A stretch of 64,000 nucleotides of DNA, taken from positions 1 to 64,000 of the forward strand of contig CDRNVI010000043.1 in NCBI GenBank assembly GCA_977017575.1, in the 5' to 3' direction. This document shows positions 9,551-21,266 of the stretch, piece by piece (positions within the stretch are counted from its first letter, which is position 1; the number at the start of each line of letters is the position of its first letter). The translations under genes and the position numbers were made by a program. This DNA is from Paramoeba atlantica. Its lineage: Eukaryota > Protista > Discosea. Below the pieces are notes generated by a model. The model was not told the origin of the DNA. It saw nothing but the letters and a program-made list of their open reading frames with translations, and made no database searches.

Positions 9551-12362
9551 ACGGCCACCTCCCGCACCCAAGCCAGTTTACAACAAGTATAACTCAAAGC
9601 CAGTGCGTCCTTGGCGCTCATGCAATCGTACCTACGCAACTCAAGCGAACACAGGACCAAAACCAATCCAAGGCAAAACGATTCAAGTTTTTTCCACCTC
9701 AGGCAAATCTAGCCCTATGCCAATTAACACCGGTTCCGCAGTCTCGGTTCCACCCACCGGTCCAAACAAGCAATCCCGCAATTCGGACACAATCCTCGAT
9801 GAACAGAAACATACCACAGACGGAAATCCCAAAACCAATAAATGTCGCGGGGCGACCAGAAGAAAGGGACTGGAGGGATCAAGCCGATTTTCTGTTAAGG
9901 GCAGTGCTCCGGATCACGGATCCAACAATTCGGCAAGCGTTACTAAACCTCTGGTCACCTCGAACATGGGAAACCAGAACGCGCCTAATCAAAGCAATGT
10001 CCCAAAAAGGTTACCCCCTCTCAGAAAGCGGTACCATCGCGTTTATTCGACAAACCTCGGTATCGCTCCAGACCAAGCGAATCTACCTTCGGCACCTTAT
10101 TTCAATTTTAAAAAAATTGAACCATCCAACCCAAAAATCCGAAATGTATTGTCAGGTACTGACGAGGCAAGGGGCAACACAACCGATACATCAAGCTCAT
10201 CCATTACATCCATCCCAGATTCCACGCTTGATAAAAGCCATGTCACGGCCCATGAGCATCGTAACGATGATCGCGTACAAAACAGCATCACGCGCCGGCG
10301 AAATAGCGCATCTCACAAGACAAGACATCATTCTAAACACTCCCACGCGAATAATCATTTATTGGGGGCGCAAAACGAAAACCACCAAAACCCAGCCTTA
10401 TCGGCCAGACAGCTTCACAGTGATCGAAGGCGAGTACACTCAACAGATCTACGAATACATCGCGACCCTCCGGCCGCGCCAACGGATCGCCGATATCACA
10501 ACACAACAAATTACGCGAGTCATGCAACAGGTTCTAGGCCCCAAATACTCCAGCCATTCAATAAAACACGGCGCAACTCATACGCTGATGCAGTCCGTTG
10601 CAGCGGGACAAGCCGATCTGGAGCACGTGATGCGACTGACACATCACAAACATCTCACAACGCTACTTCGTTACTCCGGCGTAAACGAAGCAACCGCAAT
10701 CGCTCTGGGCACGCAAAACGTAACCCGCCTCCTATAAAAAGCGAGCTAGATACGCACAATAGTAAGTTTGAATTTTCGACGAGCATATGGATGCATGATG
10801 ATGATAAAGCAATCTGGGCTCCTCGTCGAAGCATTGGTAGAATACGTCGGAGTACACACAAGCCTACCCCTGGCGAAATGAAATATCCTATCCACACGAA
10901 ACCGGTAAAACCTATGAACATATTAAAGGCCAAAGAAGAAATGTTACCAAGTGTGCGAAAGCGATTCGAATTAATTTATCAATATATAAATCAACCGAAT
11001 GTTTTTCAAAACGAATTGCATGAGTCAAATGAACCGAGTATTAGCTCTATGGATATTAAAGAACTAGTTCGCACGGTCATTATTCAGCAAGTATCAGTGG
11101 AGCAAGAAACCGAAAGACCAACAAAAGGAGTGGTGAAACCTTTTGCTACTCTTGAAGTCCGTGATGATGGCCCCAGACGAAGATTCATAGTCTGGCCGCA
11201 AGCACATAACGAAGCGGTTAAAACATTATACGAAGCACAAGTACCGATTTCGCAACCATATACGTATGTCCCAAGAATCTCACATTCTGGCGCCATCAAG
11301 AGAGATTTGATGTGTGGGTTCTACCAGGTACCGCTGTCATATGAAGCGCGGGCGTTCTACCGATTTAAATATCGCGGTATGGTATACGAAATGGCGCGAT
11401 TGCCAATGGGACATGCATGTGCACCGGAATTGCAACATATTCTTACTGCAGTTCTCGCGGGGCATCCTGATTATGCGCGGAATTCATACCCACAAAAAGG
11501 AGACATTGATATATACCTTGACGGTTTTCGATGGAGTGGTGCGACATGTCAGAGGGATGAGTACGAGACATGGGTTGAAAACAGAGCTAAAAAGCTGGAT
11601 ATGACTTTCAAACCGTCGGAATCTGTCAACGGCACGGCTTACGACTTCCTCGGCGTTTCTTACAATCATAAAGATAAACTATTCCGTCTGTCCCAGCGCT
11701 TTGTTAAAAAATTGCCGAAAGACATGCCCGTAAAACTCCCTTTTCACGAATTGGAGACTCTAACTGCAAGATTAATATACGCAAGTTCAATATTAAACAT
11801 TCACTTATCCCGCTTTTATTGGGCAATTAAGTTTGCAAGGCGCCAAATCGCCCGTGCGAATAAACAATTCATCTGCGATTCTTCTACTATTTTCTTACCG
11901 TCTTGCGTAATCGAACAATTCAGGACCTGGTTGCAACTTGTTGTCCGCAATCCGTGGACACTCTTCACCGCGCCTCGTCAAGGAAAACGTGCAACATTAT
12001 ACACGGACGCCTCGCTATCAGGATGGGGGGCAGTTCTGATGCTTCCCTCAGGAGCAGTATACGCTACAGGTGCCGCATGGCCTCGGAAAATGGAAATAAA
12101 TGAAGGTGAAACCCAGGCTGTGGAACATGCATTGCGACAATTCCAGCAACATTGGAGCAACATTGCGGCCATTGATCTCCGCGTTGACAATACAAGCGCC
12201 GCAGCAGCACTGCGGAAAAAATGGAGAGACTCAGAATCAATTTCACGCGTTCTCGCTCGGATAATGAAATATGCGGAATATTACAAGTTAAAAATCACTC
12301 CATCCTACGTACGTTCAGCCGAAAACCTTGCCGATAAATGGAGTCGGATATACGCAGCATAG
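9270..12362 (+). CDS. RT-RNase H of YR1 (homology begins near 10790; the upstream part overlaps gag/YR)
   Basis: RRRFIVWP, DLMCGFYQVP, LPMGH, IYLDG; RNase H motifs LYTDAS…GWG, E, VDN and NLADKWSR. Confidence 0.9.
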   Translation: MVTQTTFRPNMQYPVILLIPSEICCTEASTMHVPILLLLALQLTPPILLHAHIYRRAEAEAHQTLHSEGGAQEQVSNAVRFFTEGGMAYKAANRRPPPAPKPVYNKYNSKPVRPWRSCNRTYATQANTGPKPIQGKTIQVFSTSGKSSPMPINTGSAVSVPPTGPNKQSRNSDTILDEQKHTTDGNPKTNKCRGATRRKGLEGSSRFSVKGSAPDHGSNNSASVTKPLVTSNMGNQNAPNQSNVPKRLPPLRKRYHRVYSTNLGIAPDQANLPSAPYFNFKKIEPSNPKIRNVLSGTDEARGNTTDTSSSSITSIPDSTLDKSHVTAHEHRNDDRVQNSITRRRNSASHKTRHHSKHSHANNHLLGAQNENHQNPALSARQLHSDRRRVHSTDLRIHRDPPAAPTDRRYHNTTNYASHATGSRPQILQPFNKTRRNSYADAVRCSGTSRSGARDATDTSQTSHNATSLLRRKRSNRNRSGHAKRNPPPIKSELDTHNSKFEFSTSIWMHDDDKAIWAPRRSIGRIRRSTHKPTPGEMKYPIHTKPVKPMNILKAKEEMLPSVRKRFELIYQYINQPNVFQNELHESNEPSISSMDIKELVRTVIIQQVSVEQETERPTKGVVKPFATLEVRDDGPRRRFIVWPQAHNEAVKTLYEAQVPISQPYTYVPRISHSGAIKRDLMCGFYQVPLSYEARAFYRFKYRGMVYEMARLPMGHACAPELQHILTAVLAGHPDYARNSYPQKGDIDIYLDGFRWSGATCQRDEYETWVENRAKKLDMTFKPSESVNGTAYDFLGVSYNHKDKLFRLSQRFVKKLPKDMPVKLPFHELETLTARLIYASSILNIHLSRFYWAIKFARRQIARANKQFICDSSTIFLPSCVIEQFRTWLQLVVRNPWTLFTAPRQGKRATLYTDASLSGWGAVLMLPSGAVYATGAAWPRKMEINEGETQAVEHALRQFQQHWSNIAAIDLRVDNTSAAAALRKKWRDSESISRVLARIMKYAEYYKLKITPSYVRSAENLADKWSRIYAA
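9799..10737 (+). CDS. Tyrosine recombinase of YR1
   Basis: KTASRAGEI (Arg), HSIKHGA and HHKHLTTLLRY (His…Tyr). It is collinear with the YR genes at 13441-14800 and 34009-35423. Confidence 0.9.
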   Translation: MNRNIPQTEIPKPINVAGRPEERDWRDQADFLLRAVLRITDPTIRQALLNLWSPRTWETRTRLIKAMSQKGYPLSESGTIAFIRQTSVSLQTKRIYLRHLISILKKLNHPTQKSEMYCQVLTRQGATQPIHQAHPLHPSQIPRLIKAMSRPMSIVTMIAYKTASRAGEIAHLTRQDIILNTPTRIIIYWGRKTKTTKTQPYRPDSFTVIEGEYTQQIYEYIATLRPRQRIADITTQQITRVMQQVLGPKYSSHSIKHGATHTLMQSVAAGQADLEHVMRLTHHKHLTTLLRYSGVNEATAIALGTQNVTRLL

Positions 12363-12627
12363 ACCAGCACAAGAAAGTATCAAAAGATGCAATAAACTAA
12401 ATAACTCAAAAAATACATGAATCATACATACATGCATATACAAAAAAAAAAAAAAAAATACATCTCCCCCAACCCCCCACAGAACGGACGAGTTCTGTAA
12501 CCATACGCGATCACAGACACTGAAATGAGTTAGACTGTGGGTATTAGGGTGCCTTCGGTCCAGCCCAACAACTGCATACACTATGATTACGATACTAGAC
12601 TCAGCGATTGGACGAACTAGCGAATAG

Positions 12628-13210
12628 GGAGGCTATTGAAGTAGTTTCCCATTCGTTAGTACTGTGAGAAAATGAATTATAGTAGCGCTACTAAGTGACA
12701 TATGTTGTTTTACTTTATACTTTATATATTGTCGTACAAACATATTCGATGGATTTGACGAAGGGTAGGGTTACATTAATGTATTTTACACTTCATTTGA
12801 GTTTTTCAATCTTCACGAATACAATTTTATACGAATGCGCTGATTATGAGAACTTGTGAAAGTAATCTGCGTATTCAATTTAGTTCAATACACACGAATA
12901 TTTCAGCACGTAAAGCATAATATTTTACTATATACCAAGGAAAGTGTTTATATCCACGTTTAAAAAGTTTTTCCCACCCACCCGCCCGGAGGCTATTGAA
13001 GTAGTTTCCCATTCGTTAGTACTGTGAGAAAATGAATTATAGTAGCGCTACTAAGTGACATATGTTGTTTTACTTTATACTTTATATATTGACGTACAAA
13101 CATATTCGATGGATTTGACGAAGGGTAGGGTTACATTAATGTATTTTACACTTCATTTGAGTTTTTCAATCTTCACGAATACAATTTTATACGAATGCGC
13201 TGATTATGAG
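12628..13210 (+). repeat. 223-bp direct repeat pair (12628-12850 and 12988-13210) with a 137-bp spacer
   Basis: The two copies differ at one position by eye. This is either a split-direct-repeat end or a 360-bp SIRE-like unit after YR1. Confidence 0.92.
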
Positions 13211-13440
13211 TTGATGCCATACGTCATCGAAACGATCTTTTGTCTGCGAATTCATTAAAGCTCTTACCTTCTCTAGCTGAATAGCTGAAACCTTGGTAAC
13301 ATGCAGAGGTACAGTGTCCCTCTGTTCTCTTGTTGAGAGTTTTGTTCGCCGATGCATTCTACTTAACGTTCTTTTCTGTGCCGGTAATAGGCTTTCATTC
13401 AAAGCAATCCAATCTCCATTCATCAAATTGTTCGGCTTAT

Positions 13441-14800
13441 TTATAGTCTTCGCGTGGTATTTTGAGTTCCGAGTGCAAGTGCCGTCGCTTCGCTGGGCCC
13501 CGCGTATCTCAAAAGTGTTGCCACCTGCTTGTGATGAGAGAGCCTCATGACTTGTTCGAGGGACTGATGCTCCGTAGCTACGTGGTGCATTAGACTGGTG
13601 ATGGCTCCATGTTTGAGGGAATGGGATGTGTACTGGAGACCCATGTGATGTTTGAGGAAACGGGAAATACTGGTGGTTGTAAGTGTACTGATTTTCTGGT
13701 TCGATTTTATATTCTTCACATAGTTGTAAATAAGGGTCGTACTCGGGCCTTCGATAACAACCATGTTGTCCGGTCGAAAAGTCTGATCTTTGCTAGTCTT
13801 GGTTTTCGCACCCCATTTGATAACTATAGTAAAGGTCTTAATAAAAGTAAAGGTCTTAATAAAAGTAAAGGTCTTAATAAAAGTAAAGGTCTTAATAAAA
13901 GTAAGTAGCATTGTCATGCTTTCCGATTGAGTCAGATTCTTTGGATATTTTTTTTTTTCACATAACTATTCTGTTCGGAGTTCTGACCACAAAATCTCGA
14001 CCCACAAGATTGCAAACCTCGCCAACCCGCGAAGCCGTTTTGAACGCTAAATGCATTACCGCAGCCATCTCCTTTGACATGATCGGTGTAGGCCGTTCTA
14101 TAGCTTGACGATTCATCGGCGCTGCTTGTCTCCGAGGGATAACCGTCCCACGCCTGACCAATGCCTTCGAATACATTTCTGTCTGAGTTGTAGGTCTGCG
14201 CAGTCGGCGGAGTACCGAAATCAAATGTCGCAGGTATACCAATTTGGTTTGAATGGTGGTATGTATTCGTATGATATACAGGACCACACCCTGGTCCGTG
14301 AGCGGCAATCTGCGGCGCCACATGTCCAAAATCAGGCGTGCCCTCGTATTCCATGTTGAGGTGGCCCATATTCCGCGTATTTTCTCTCTGATTTCCGGAT
14401 TCGTGACCTGCAATACGTTGTTGAGGATAAAGTCGGACGAGGCTGTTTGGATTCCAGACGTTCGCATATTTGTTTCTCTGATCGTACCACCGCATCTTTG
14501 GGTGACCTGTGATATCGCATTCTTCGTGACTCGAGATTTCTTCCACACTGTATTGTTCACGTTTGTGGTCTTGGGGCGAACGTTTGGCTTCTTGATCTTC
14601 TGCTTTGGAGCGAGGTTTCCGGTATTTTTCGCTATGGTGTTCGTATTTGACTTGCTTTTGTATTGTTTCCGAATTTGAAGTGAAATTTTTGTTTTTATTT
14701 TTACTGACTTGCAATTTTGCACTGAAATTTTTGTTTTTAGTATCTGTTGCTGACTTTGAATTCTGCTTTTCTGGCATGATAATGCTATTTTCACTGGCAA
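13441..14800 (-). pseudogene. Tyrosine recombinase of YR3, split by a 134-bp insertion
   Basis: FKTASRVGEV, HSLKHGA and HHKQVATLLRY. Removing 13828-13961 plus one TSD joins NRIV to IKWGAKTK. Confidence 0.88.
13828..13961 (-). mobile_element. 134-bp insertion ending in (TTTTATTAAGACCTTTAC)x4, with an 8-bp TSD
   Basis: ATAACTAT at 13820-13827 and 13962-13969. Confidence 0.88.
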
Positions 14801-14945
14801 AGGAAGTTTGTATAGAGACTGATTTTGAACTTTTATATGTTTTGTTTTTAACTGGCTTTGGAGGGGGTGGAGTACTGGGAGTCACATTCGGCGGCCAGCG
14901 CCCCCCGCGGAGAAATCCGATGTGGGTGAGTACTGGGTCTTTCTG

Positions 14946-15617
14946 TTATTGTCCGAGGTGTAAGAGTGAGTTGAGTTTGGGATTAGGAAGGTGGTAGTTT
15001 CCCACATTATTCCTAATAACGACAGTTTTCTGCTCTTCAAATTCACCTTCTTCTATCGGAATACCGCGCCATGTTGTTGCTTCGCTTGGAGAACTTGTGG
15101 CCGCAAACCAAGTTACTTCTACCTCCAAGTCATATCGTGCAATCTTGTCCAAGATCTCCTGCACCTTAGAAGAAAGATTTTCTGGCTTGATGACAGGTAA
15201 GCTTGCGTACAACGCATTGGTAGCACTGTCCACGCAACAACGAAAAGTATTTGTCATGTCTTGGCGATCTTTCCGAACTGAGAAGGGAAAAGTTGAATGT
15301 GGCACTGCTTGTGTAGAGGGAGGTTCCGCCGACGAGGAACGAGACTGAAAAGCCTTCATTTCGTCGCGCACTATCCCTTGTAACTCTTTTCTCAACACTT
15401 CCTGTACATCTTGTCGGATGGTTCGGAGCACATCTTCTTGAACAATCGCCATTCGCGATGTTAAATTTTCTAGCGATTGGTCAAGACGACTTACTCTGGT
15501 GGGTATATCACTGGTGCATTCCAACGAGTCCACACTTTCTACAGGATCGTCCCGACCTGGAGTTTGAAAAACCACTGGAGCTTCTTCCTCGCGTGTGCGC
15601 GCCCGTGTAGATACCAT
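14946..15617 (-). CDS. ORF1/gag-like protein with coiled-coil-like region and W-rich domain, probably of YR3
   Basis: Starts MVSTRARTRE, lies directly upstream of the YR3 recombinase region and is homologous to 2483-2735. Confidence 0.55.
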   Translation of the reverse strand: MVSTRARTREEEAPVVFQTPGRDDPVESVDSLECTSDIPTRVSRLDQSLENLTSRMAIVQEDVLRTIRQDVQEVLRKELQGIVRDEMKAFQSRSSSAEPPSTQAVPHSTFPFSVRKDRQDMTNTFRCCVDSATNALYASLPVIKPENLSSKVQEILDKIARYDLEVEVTWFAATSSPSEATTWRGIPIEEGEFEEQKTVVIRNNVGNYHLPNPKLNSLLHLGQ

Positions 15618-15739
15618 CCCAAAAAATGTAGTATTACAGTAGGAAAACAAGAAAAATTGCTATACGACGAAAAGTATCAATTTATAATACAATTAGTCAC
15701 TGACATTCTATATTTCCCACTTCGGTGAATTATTATCCT

Positions 15740-17080
15740 TAAAGTCTCGTAACCGGCCGAAGGCTTTCGCCAGGAGGGTACTGTTTGCTGAGGCCAAGTT
15801 GATGTCATCAATGAAGGCAAAGATTTTGATTCCAGGAAATTCTTCTGCCAGCGTCTCGAGTATTGGTTGCATCAAAGCGCAAAAGTAGAGCGTCGAGAGA
15901 GGGGAGCCTTGACGCACGCCAGAGGAACTTTGCACCACTCCTGCAAATTTCCCGTCTGCGCCGTAGAAAAGAAGCTCGGATGGATCTGCGTACTCAGCTG
16001 TGAACATCCTTCTGAAAGGTCTCAGTGTGGAAAAACCGAAAACACATCTTGATATGTCGTCGCGGGACGGCGAGTAGAATGCGTTACGGAGGTCTACCGA
16101 AAGAATCGCATGCCCTAAGCGATGTAAGTCAGTTAATTTGTGTATTACTTTTTCGCAACCGCTCTTCATCATTACCCCGTATTGGTATGGCGCGAACAGT
16201 GGGGGTAAAGACTTTTCATAGCGCTGAAGAAGAAGTATTTCCGCGAGTTTCAAGATTACCTCACCCATTGCAATCGGTCTGACACCATTGTCCGGTTTTG
16301 GAAGCGCTAGGAGCCTGGCTCGTTTAATTCGGTGCATGATATCTTTGGACAGATTTCCATTTACCAAATCCCTCATCATGTGGCAGAGGCATGAGCAACA
16401 GATCTCGTCATCGAGAAGAATGCGTAGGATACCGTCCGTCATGCCAGAAGGACCTGGAGCAGCCCCCTTTGCCAGACGTCTGCCTGCTTCTCGCAATTCA
16501 ACGGATGTGACACATGCGATAGCGGGTGCATCGGTGGGGAGTTGGAAACTTCAGGGCAATTGTGGGTGAAGAGTCTCTAACTTTGCAAGAGTTTCAGCGT
16601 CGGATAATCGATCTTTTCTTACCTCTACACTGTATGTCCAGAACCTTTGTTGCTTTGGAGGTGCAACCCTCCAAAGCAAGACGGATAGCTTTTTTTGCCG
16701 CACGTATATCTGCCTTTTCGAGGTTTTCCTCTGCAGGTGAACACTGGGACACCTCATGGGGATGCAGCTTCCGCCGCCGCTTCTTGCCTGCAGTTTCTCG
16801 GATTGTGGCTAATGAATGTTTCGTAGCAGACATCAAACGGTGCCATATTCTATTGCGATACTCGTAATTGCTGTCGGGATAATCTCGAAGTATGTCTCTA
16901 AAAGTCATCACGACTCCAGGAATATATTAGGCAGGTATGGTACGCATGGTGGGCAGCGGCTCGAAATCTAGATCCTGTTCCGTAGTAGAAGTAGTATTAA
17001 GCTGATCTGTGTTATGTAGCTCTTCTTCGACATTCTTTCCAGATAATTTTGTAGACACGGACGTTGTTATGTGGGGACAA
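15740..17080 (-). pseudogene. Truncated, frameshifted CRE family A fragment (RT)
   Basis: GAAPGPSG, RPIAMGE, GVRQGSPL and AFIDD, with a frameshift near 16500-16600. Confidence 0.9.
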
Positions 17081-17082
17081 TA

Positions 17083-17145
17083 AATTACCCCCATTTTGTT
17101 TAATTACCCCCTTTTTGTTTAATTGTCCCCTTTTTGTTTAATTGA
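17083..17145 (+). repeat. 19-bp tandem repeat (AATTACCCCCTTTTTGTTT)x3 at the 5' junction of the minus-strand CRE fragment
   Basis: Read directly. Confidence 0.85.
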
Positions 17146-17850
17146 TTGATTTTAAGGGCATTTATACCATAGGGACGTACCCTCCCGGAGATAGCCGGGC
17201 ACTATAAAATTAGCTGCTTTTAACCGCGCGCGCCAGGCTATGAAAATCATAGCTTTTGCCATGCGTCACAGTTTTTAGGCCGTGGGCATTACAGACTGCA
17301 CAGCGGCCAAGCATCCAATGATTATTAGTTAGTACGTATGGGTATCTACCCTAGTTTCCTAGTGTTTTGTTCTGTTAACACCGGGTAACCCCATACGCGG
17401 GAAAGAATTCTGTCCTAGTTATTTAGTACCTTGATATATTGGTGCCGGGCACACTCTTTCCGCGGCGTTCCTCACACCCTAGTTCTTCGGCGCCTTGTTT
17501 TGTTGGCGCCGGGTGCTAGAATTGCGTTTTGCATTAAAACAATCTCACCGTATTTTCTGCCTCCCGGGGGCGTTCGGTTTTTACCGCCTTCTTTCTCGCC
17601 ACCCTCCGCTCCGGGAACCGGGCTTTCACCTTCTGCCCACTTATTCTGCACGAAAGGCTTTCGCCTTAGGTTTATCATCTCTCGCGTGCAGGTTACTGCG
17701 GTGATTTTGCGTCGTACCGATGTGTCATTTCGTGGAGGCGGATAAGAAGGTGACGGGGACCGTGGCACAGGGGGAGATGACGCACTCGTTGGACGTGGCG
17801 GGGAAATTGGGCATGGCAGCGCAGGAAGGGGTGACGGCCCACGCAACGGC

Positions 17851-17952
17851 AAGCTGAATCTAAAGATGAGATAAGCTAATACTTTAATTTTTTTTCTGAT
17901 GATTAGAGACTAATTTTCTGCGTCTGCCGATTTGATAAATAGCTATGCATCT
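17851..17952 (-). repeat. Inverted near-identical copy of 8588-8688 (end of CRE ORF plus start of 3' UTR)
   Basis: Reverse complement matches except for one homopolymer length difference. Confidence 0.9.
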
Positions 17953-19241
17953 TCGACTGTCAAGAATAGCTAAACGTATCGAAAGGAACAGTCAAAAATG
18001 TGCGAGGAAGAGCTGGAAAAGGAAAAATAAGCCTGGAGTATTTCGGAATACACGGACACAAACAGGGTAAATCATTCAGTGGCTTCCTTCCTCCACAGTC
18101 CAATGTGCGTGTCTATCATCTTGTTTGGAAAAACGGAGAAGGAAACTATGATCTTTCGCAAGCCGCAAGCGATCCAGCACTCAACGATTCCTCGATGGCG
18201 TACAATCACACAACTGCGGACATGAATTTTGAACCAATCCCGACACAACGCAATATAAGTCCCGAATATGCTTCATGCGTTGTCGCCATATTTCGAGGAA
18301 TAATTGGTGACTATAAGGAATGCAATTATGGTGAGAAAAATCTTATATGGAATCGCGCCTTATCAGCCGTTAAGTACTCACTCACAACCGTCCAGATAGC
18401 CGAGGACAAACGCAGACGGCGACGTCCACTGAAAGAAAGCCTTGAATCAACCACATGGCCTCAACAAGAAATCGACAAACGAGCAATTAAAAAAGCTATT
18501 CGATTAGTGCTGGAAGGTGCAGTCTCAAAAGCCACTAAAGTACTAGACAGGAAAATCAAGCCAAACACTCTATCCGACGAAGAAATTTTCTCCCAGCTTA
18601 AAATATTGCATCCGGATGGCCCGATAACATTTCATTTGCCTCATGATGCACCCAAAATCGCATGCATTACAACCGAGGAGCTCCGTTCTGCAGGACGTCG
18701 TTAGGCAAAGGGGGCAGCACCAGTCCCCACAGGACTGACCGACGGCATCATTCGTGTACTGTTAGATGATGAAGTCTGTTGCATAAACTTAAGCCACATG
18801 CTTCTCGATTTAATCAATGGGTGTCTGTCCAAACAGCTCATGACACGCCTGCGACGCGCTCGACTTGTTGCCCTCCCCAAAGCCGGAGGTCGCGTACGGC
18901 CTATTGCGATGGGAGAAATCCTCCTAAAACTTGCTGGCCTTGTTCTGCTACAACGAAACGAAGGGACTCTAGAAAGTCTCTTCAAGCCAATGCAACACGG
19001 CGTAATTATGAACGGAGGATGTGAACAAGTGGTCCATAAACTACACGCTTTGTACAATGACGGACATGCAATTCTTTCTCTGGATGTCAAGAATGCCTTT
19101 AACGTCCCCACCCGCGACGACATTGCGAAAGCAATGTTTGCCTTCCACACGATGAAACCATTCCAAAGGCTGTTTCACAGCGAATATTCAGAGAGCTCGG
19201 AGTTGTTATTCTACGGTTCAAGTGGCAACCTCCATGGAATA

Positions 19242-21266
19242 CAGTGAAGCCAAAATTTAATGTCGCTAATATTCGTGGGACAAAAATTAATGTTTTTTTT
19301 ATTAAAAGTGGTCGTTATTTCGGTTTTCCGGAGTAAAATCTTTTTTTTGTCATTATTTGAACCCTCTGTTATGGATATCCAAAATCACTTCATCACTGCT
19401 AACGCCATCGAACTTGGTAGAAACATGCAGTCGACTGCGAAAAACTTAAATCGCGAAGAGCGCGAGTGGCTTTTCGAGAATACGCGAGGCGAGTGCAAAA
19501 ACGCTCTCGTACATGAGCGATTTTTAGAACGTTTTGGCCGCGTCATTTCTATATCGTGCGTAGGGTTATACAAAGGCATGAAGGATTTAAACGAAATGGG
19601 CTCACGTGGTCTCCATAATATACTGAATGATCAGGAGTCATCTCTTCTCCTGCGAGTATTCGACCAATTACGTGAACAAAGTATCCCTATTTACGCATCA
19701 CTTATAGCAAGCGTCGCCCGAGGAATCAAAGAGGGTTGTTCACCTAGATCCACGACTTTGAATGGGGGTTGTCTAAAGTTTTCTTCCTCTTGGGCAAAGG
19801 ATTGGATGAAAAGAAATAACATACGCGTGCGTCATGCCACAAGCGACCGTACCGTGACTCCAGGCGAAGTAATCGAATCATCTAAGAAATTTTTCTCGCA
19901 ACTTGAGGTCTTCAAAGGTATATGCGATGAAGAGTTTGTATTCAATTCTGACGAATTTTTTGTGTGTTTGGGATTAGGCAGATCGAACGCTACTTGGACA
20001 TGGGAGCGCATTGATCGCGGAGAATCGTGTACAATCTGTTCGTAAAGAAAAACAGGGATTCACTTGCAATGTTTTGTCATCTGCGGCAGGAAGTGTTAAG
20101 ATGTTGCAATTCATTTACCAAGGAACAAGTCGTGTATTTGTAAACACAGGCAATGACCCACGCGTTCTTCAATGTGCCAGAAAAGAATCTCATTTCCAGG
20201 ATTCTTCAACTTGGTCGACTTTTTTAGCGCGTTTTAAAGAAATAGTTTCTTTGGAGCGTGAAGCGCAAAAGAAACCGGAAGCTCGGGCTCTTCTGATCAT
20301 TGATGAAGCGACCCAGCATGGTAGTACAGATTCTATCCTTCAGGATGCGTCTTGTGGAGTAGTTTAAAAAAATGACTCACGTATTTCAGCCAGCGGATCA
20401 GTTCATTATTTCTGGGTTAAAAGAGCGTGCTGTGCAACTTTATAACAGTGATATAGCCCGTATTTTTTCGCGCTCTGAGAACAGCACGGCAGTATCTAAT
20501 ATGGTACGCACATCCCGCACTCTCTGTCGCGAAAAAAAGGTTTCCTATATCATCCAAGCAATGAATGAAATTTCTCCTGCGCAAATTCTTGCCTCTTGGG
20601 AAGTTACAGAAATACCCAAGGTTTTGTTTGGTGAAGTAAAAACGCGCTCTTCTCGCCTTGATGCGTATAAAAACTTACAAACTCAGTTAGGATCATCAGG
20701 GGACAACATATTCGTTGACGCGGATGATCAAGAGCAAACTCCATTGCCTATACCAAACGACGAGATAGCTACCTCCAATTTACCTAGTGAAAGAAGAAAA
20801 CGCGGACGCCATCGGAAAATACTATCGAGTGGGGACCTCGAAACGCAGCGACGCGAAGCCGAAGATATTGCCAATCTGCGCCACCGCCTACGCGGAATGA
20901 CACGTAAGAGTAGAGAGCAATATAAGTCCGCCAAAGAATTGCACATTGACATCCTATGGAATACGGCCGCGCAATTGATCAAACTGGATTCGCTCAATAT
21001 AGTCATGAAAGAAATGATGAGTAATGATTACTTCTTTATTGGTAAACTTTTGAATTTCCAGAGAGCTTTCATTAGTTATTTTGGGGTTTTTTACGCCGTG
21101 TTATGGACATACTGTAATACTTTTTCTCCTCTCGAAATTTTTCTAGCTCTCTGGCATTTTTTGTTTCGCCATACAAATATTAGTGGGACAAAAATTAACA
21201 TTTTTTTAATTAATATTTGCACGGGTCCAACACTAATTAAAAAAACATTAAATTTTGGCGGCAGTG
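19242..21266 (+). mobile_element. pogo/Tc5-like (Tc1/mariner superfamily) DNA transposon, 2025 bp
   Basis: 22-bp TIRs CAGTGAAGCCAAAATTTAATGT and CACTGCCGCCAAAATTTAATGT (3 mismatches). TA TSD at 19240-19241 and 21267-21268. Confidence 0.9.
19371..20950 (+). pseudogene. DDE_1/CENP-B-type transposase with frameshift and stop
   Basis: FSSSWAKDWMKRNNIRVRHAT (Tc5-type HTH), FNSDE, LLIIDEATQH and THVFQPADQFIISGLK. It is split over three ORFs and the 3' end is approximate. Confidence 0.82.

Larger units (their letters stand above)
8761..12850 (+). mobile_element. Tyrosine-recombinase retroelement YR1 (VIPER/TATE-like, gag-YR-RT/RH order)
   Basis: Three overlapping ORFs in gag-YR-RT/RNase H order. 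The 5' boundary is uncertain and the 3' end is taken at the first 223-bp repeat. Confidence 0.85.
13211..15620 (-). mobile_element. Tyrosine-recombinase retroelement YR3, decayed (RT truncated at 13211, YR interrupted)
   Basis: ORF1 14946-15617, YR 14800-13441 and an RT N-terminal stub PLHVTKV…RFDDVW at 13211-13426 that is homologous to YR1/YR2. Confidence 0.8.

Noticed and set aside
17150-17430. Minus-strand peptide PYVLTNNHWML resembling a Ulp1-type protease HW motif
   Set aside because: The frame is short, spacing to a YDS-like motif is wrong and no catalytic Cys motif is present. The region remains unassigned.
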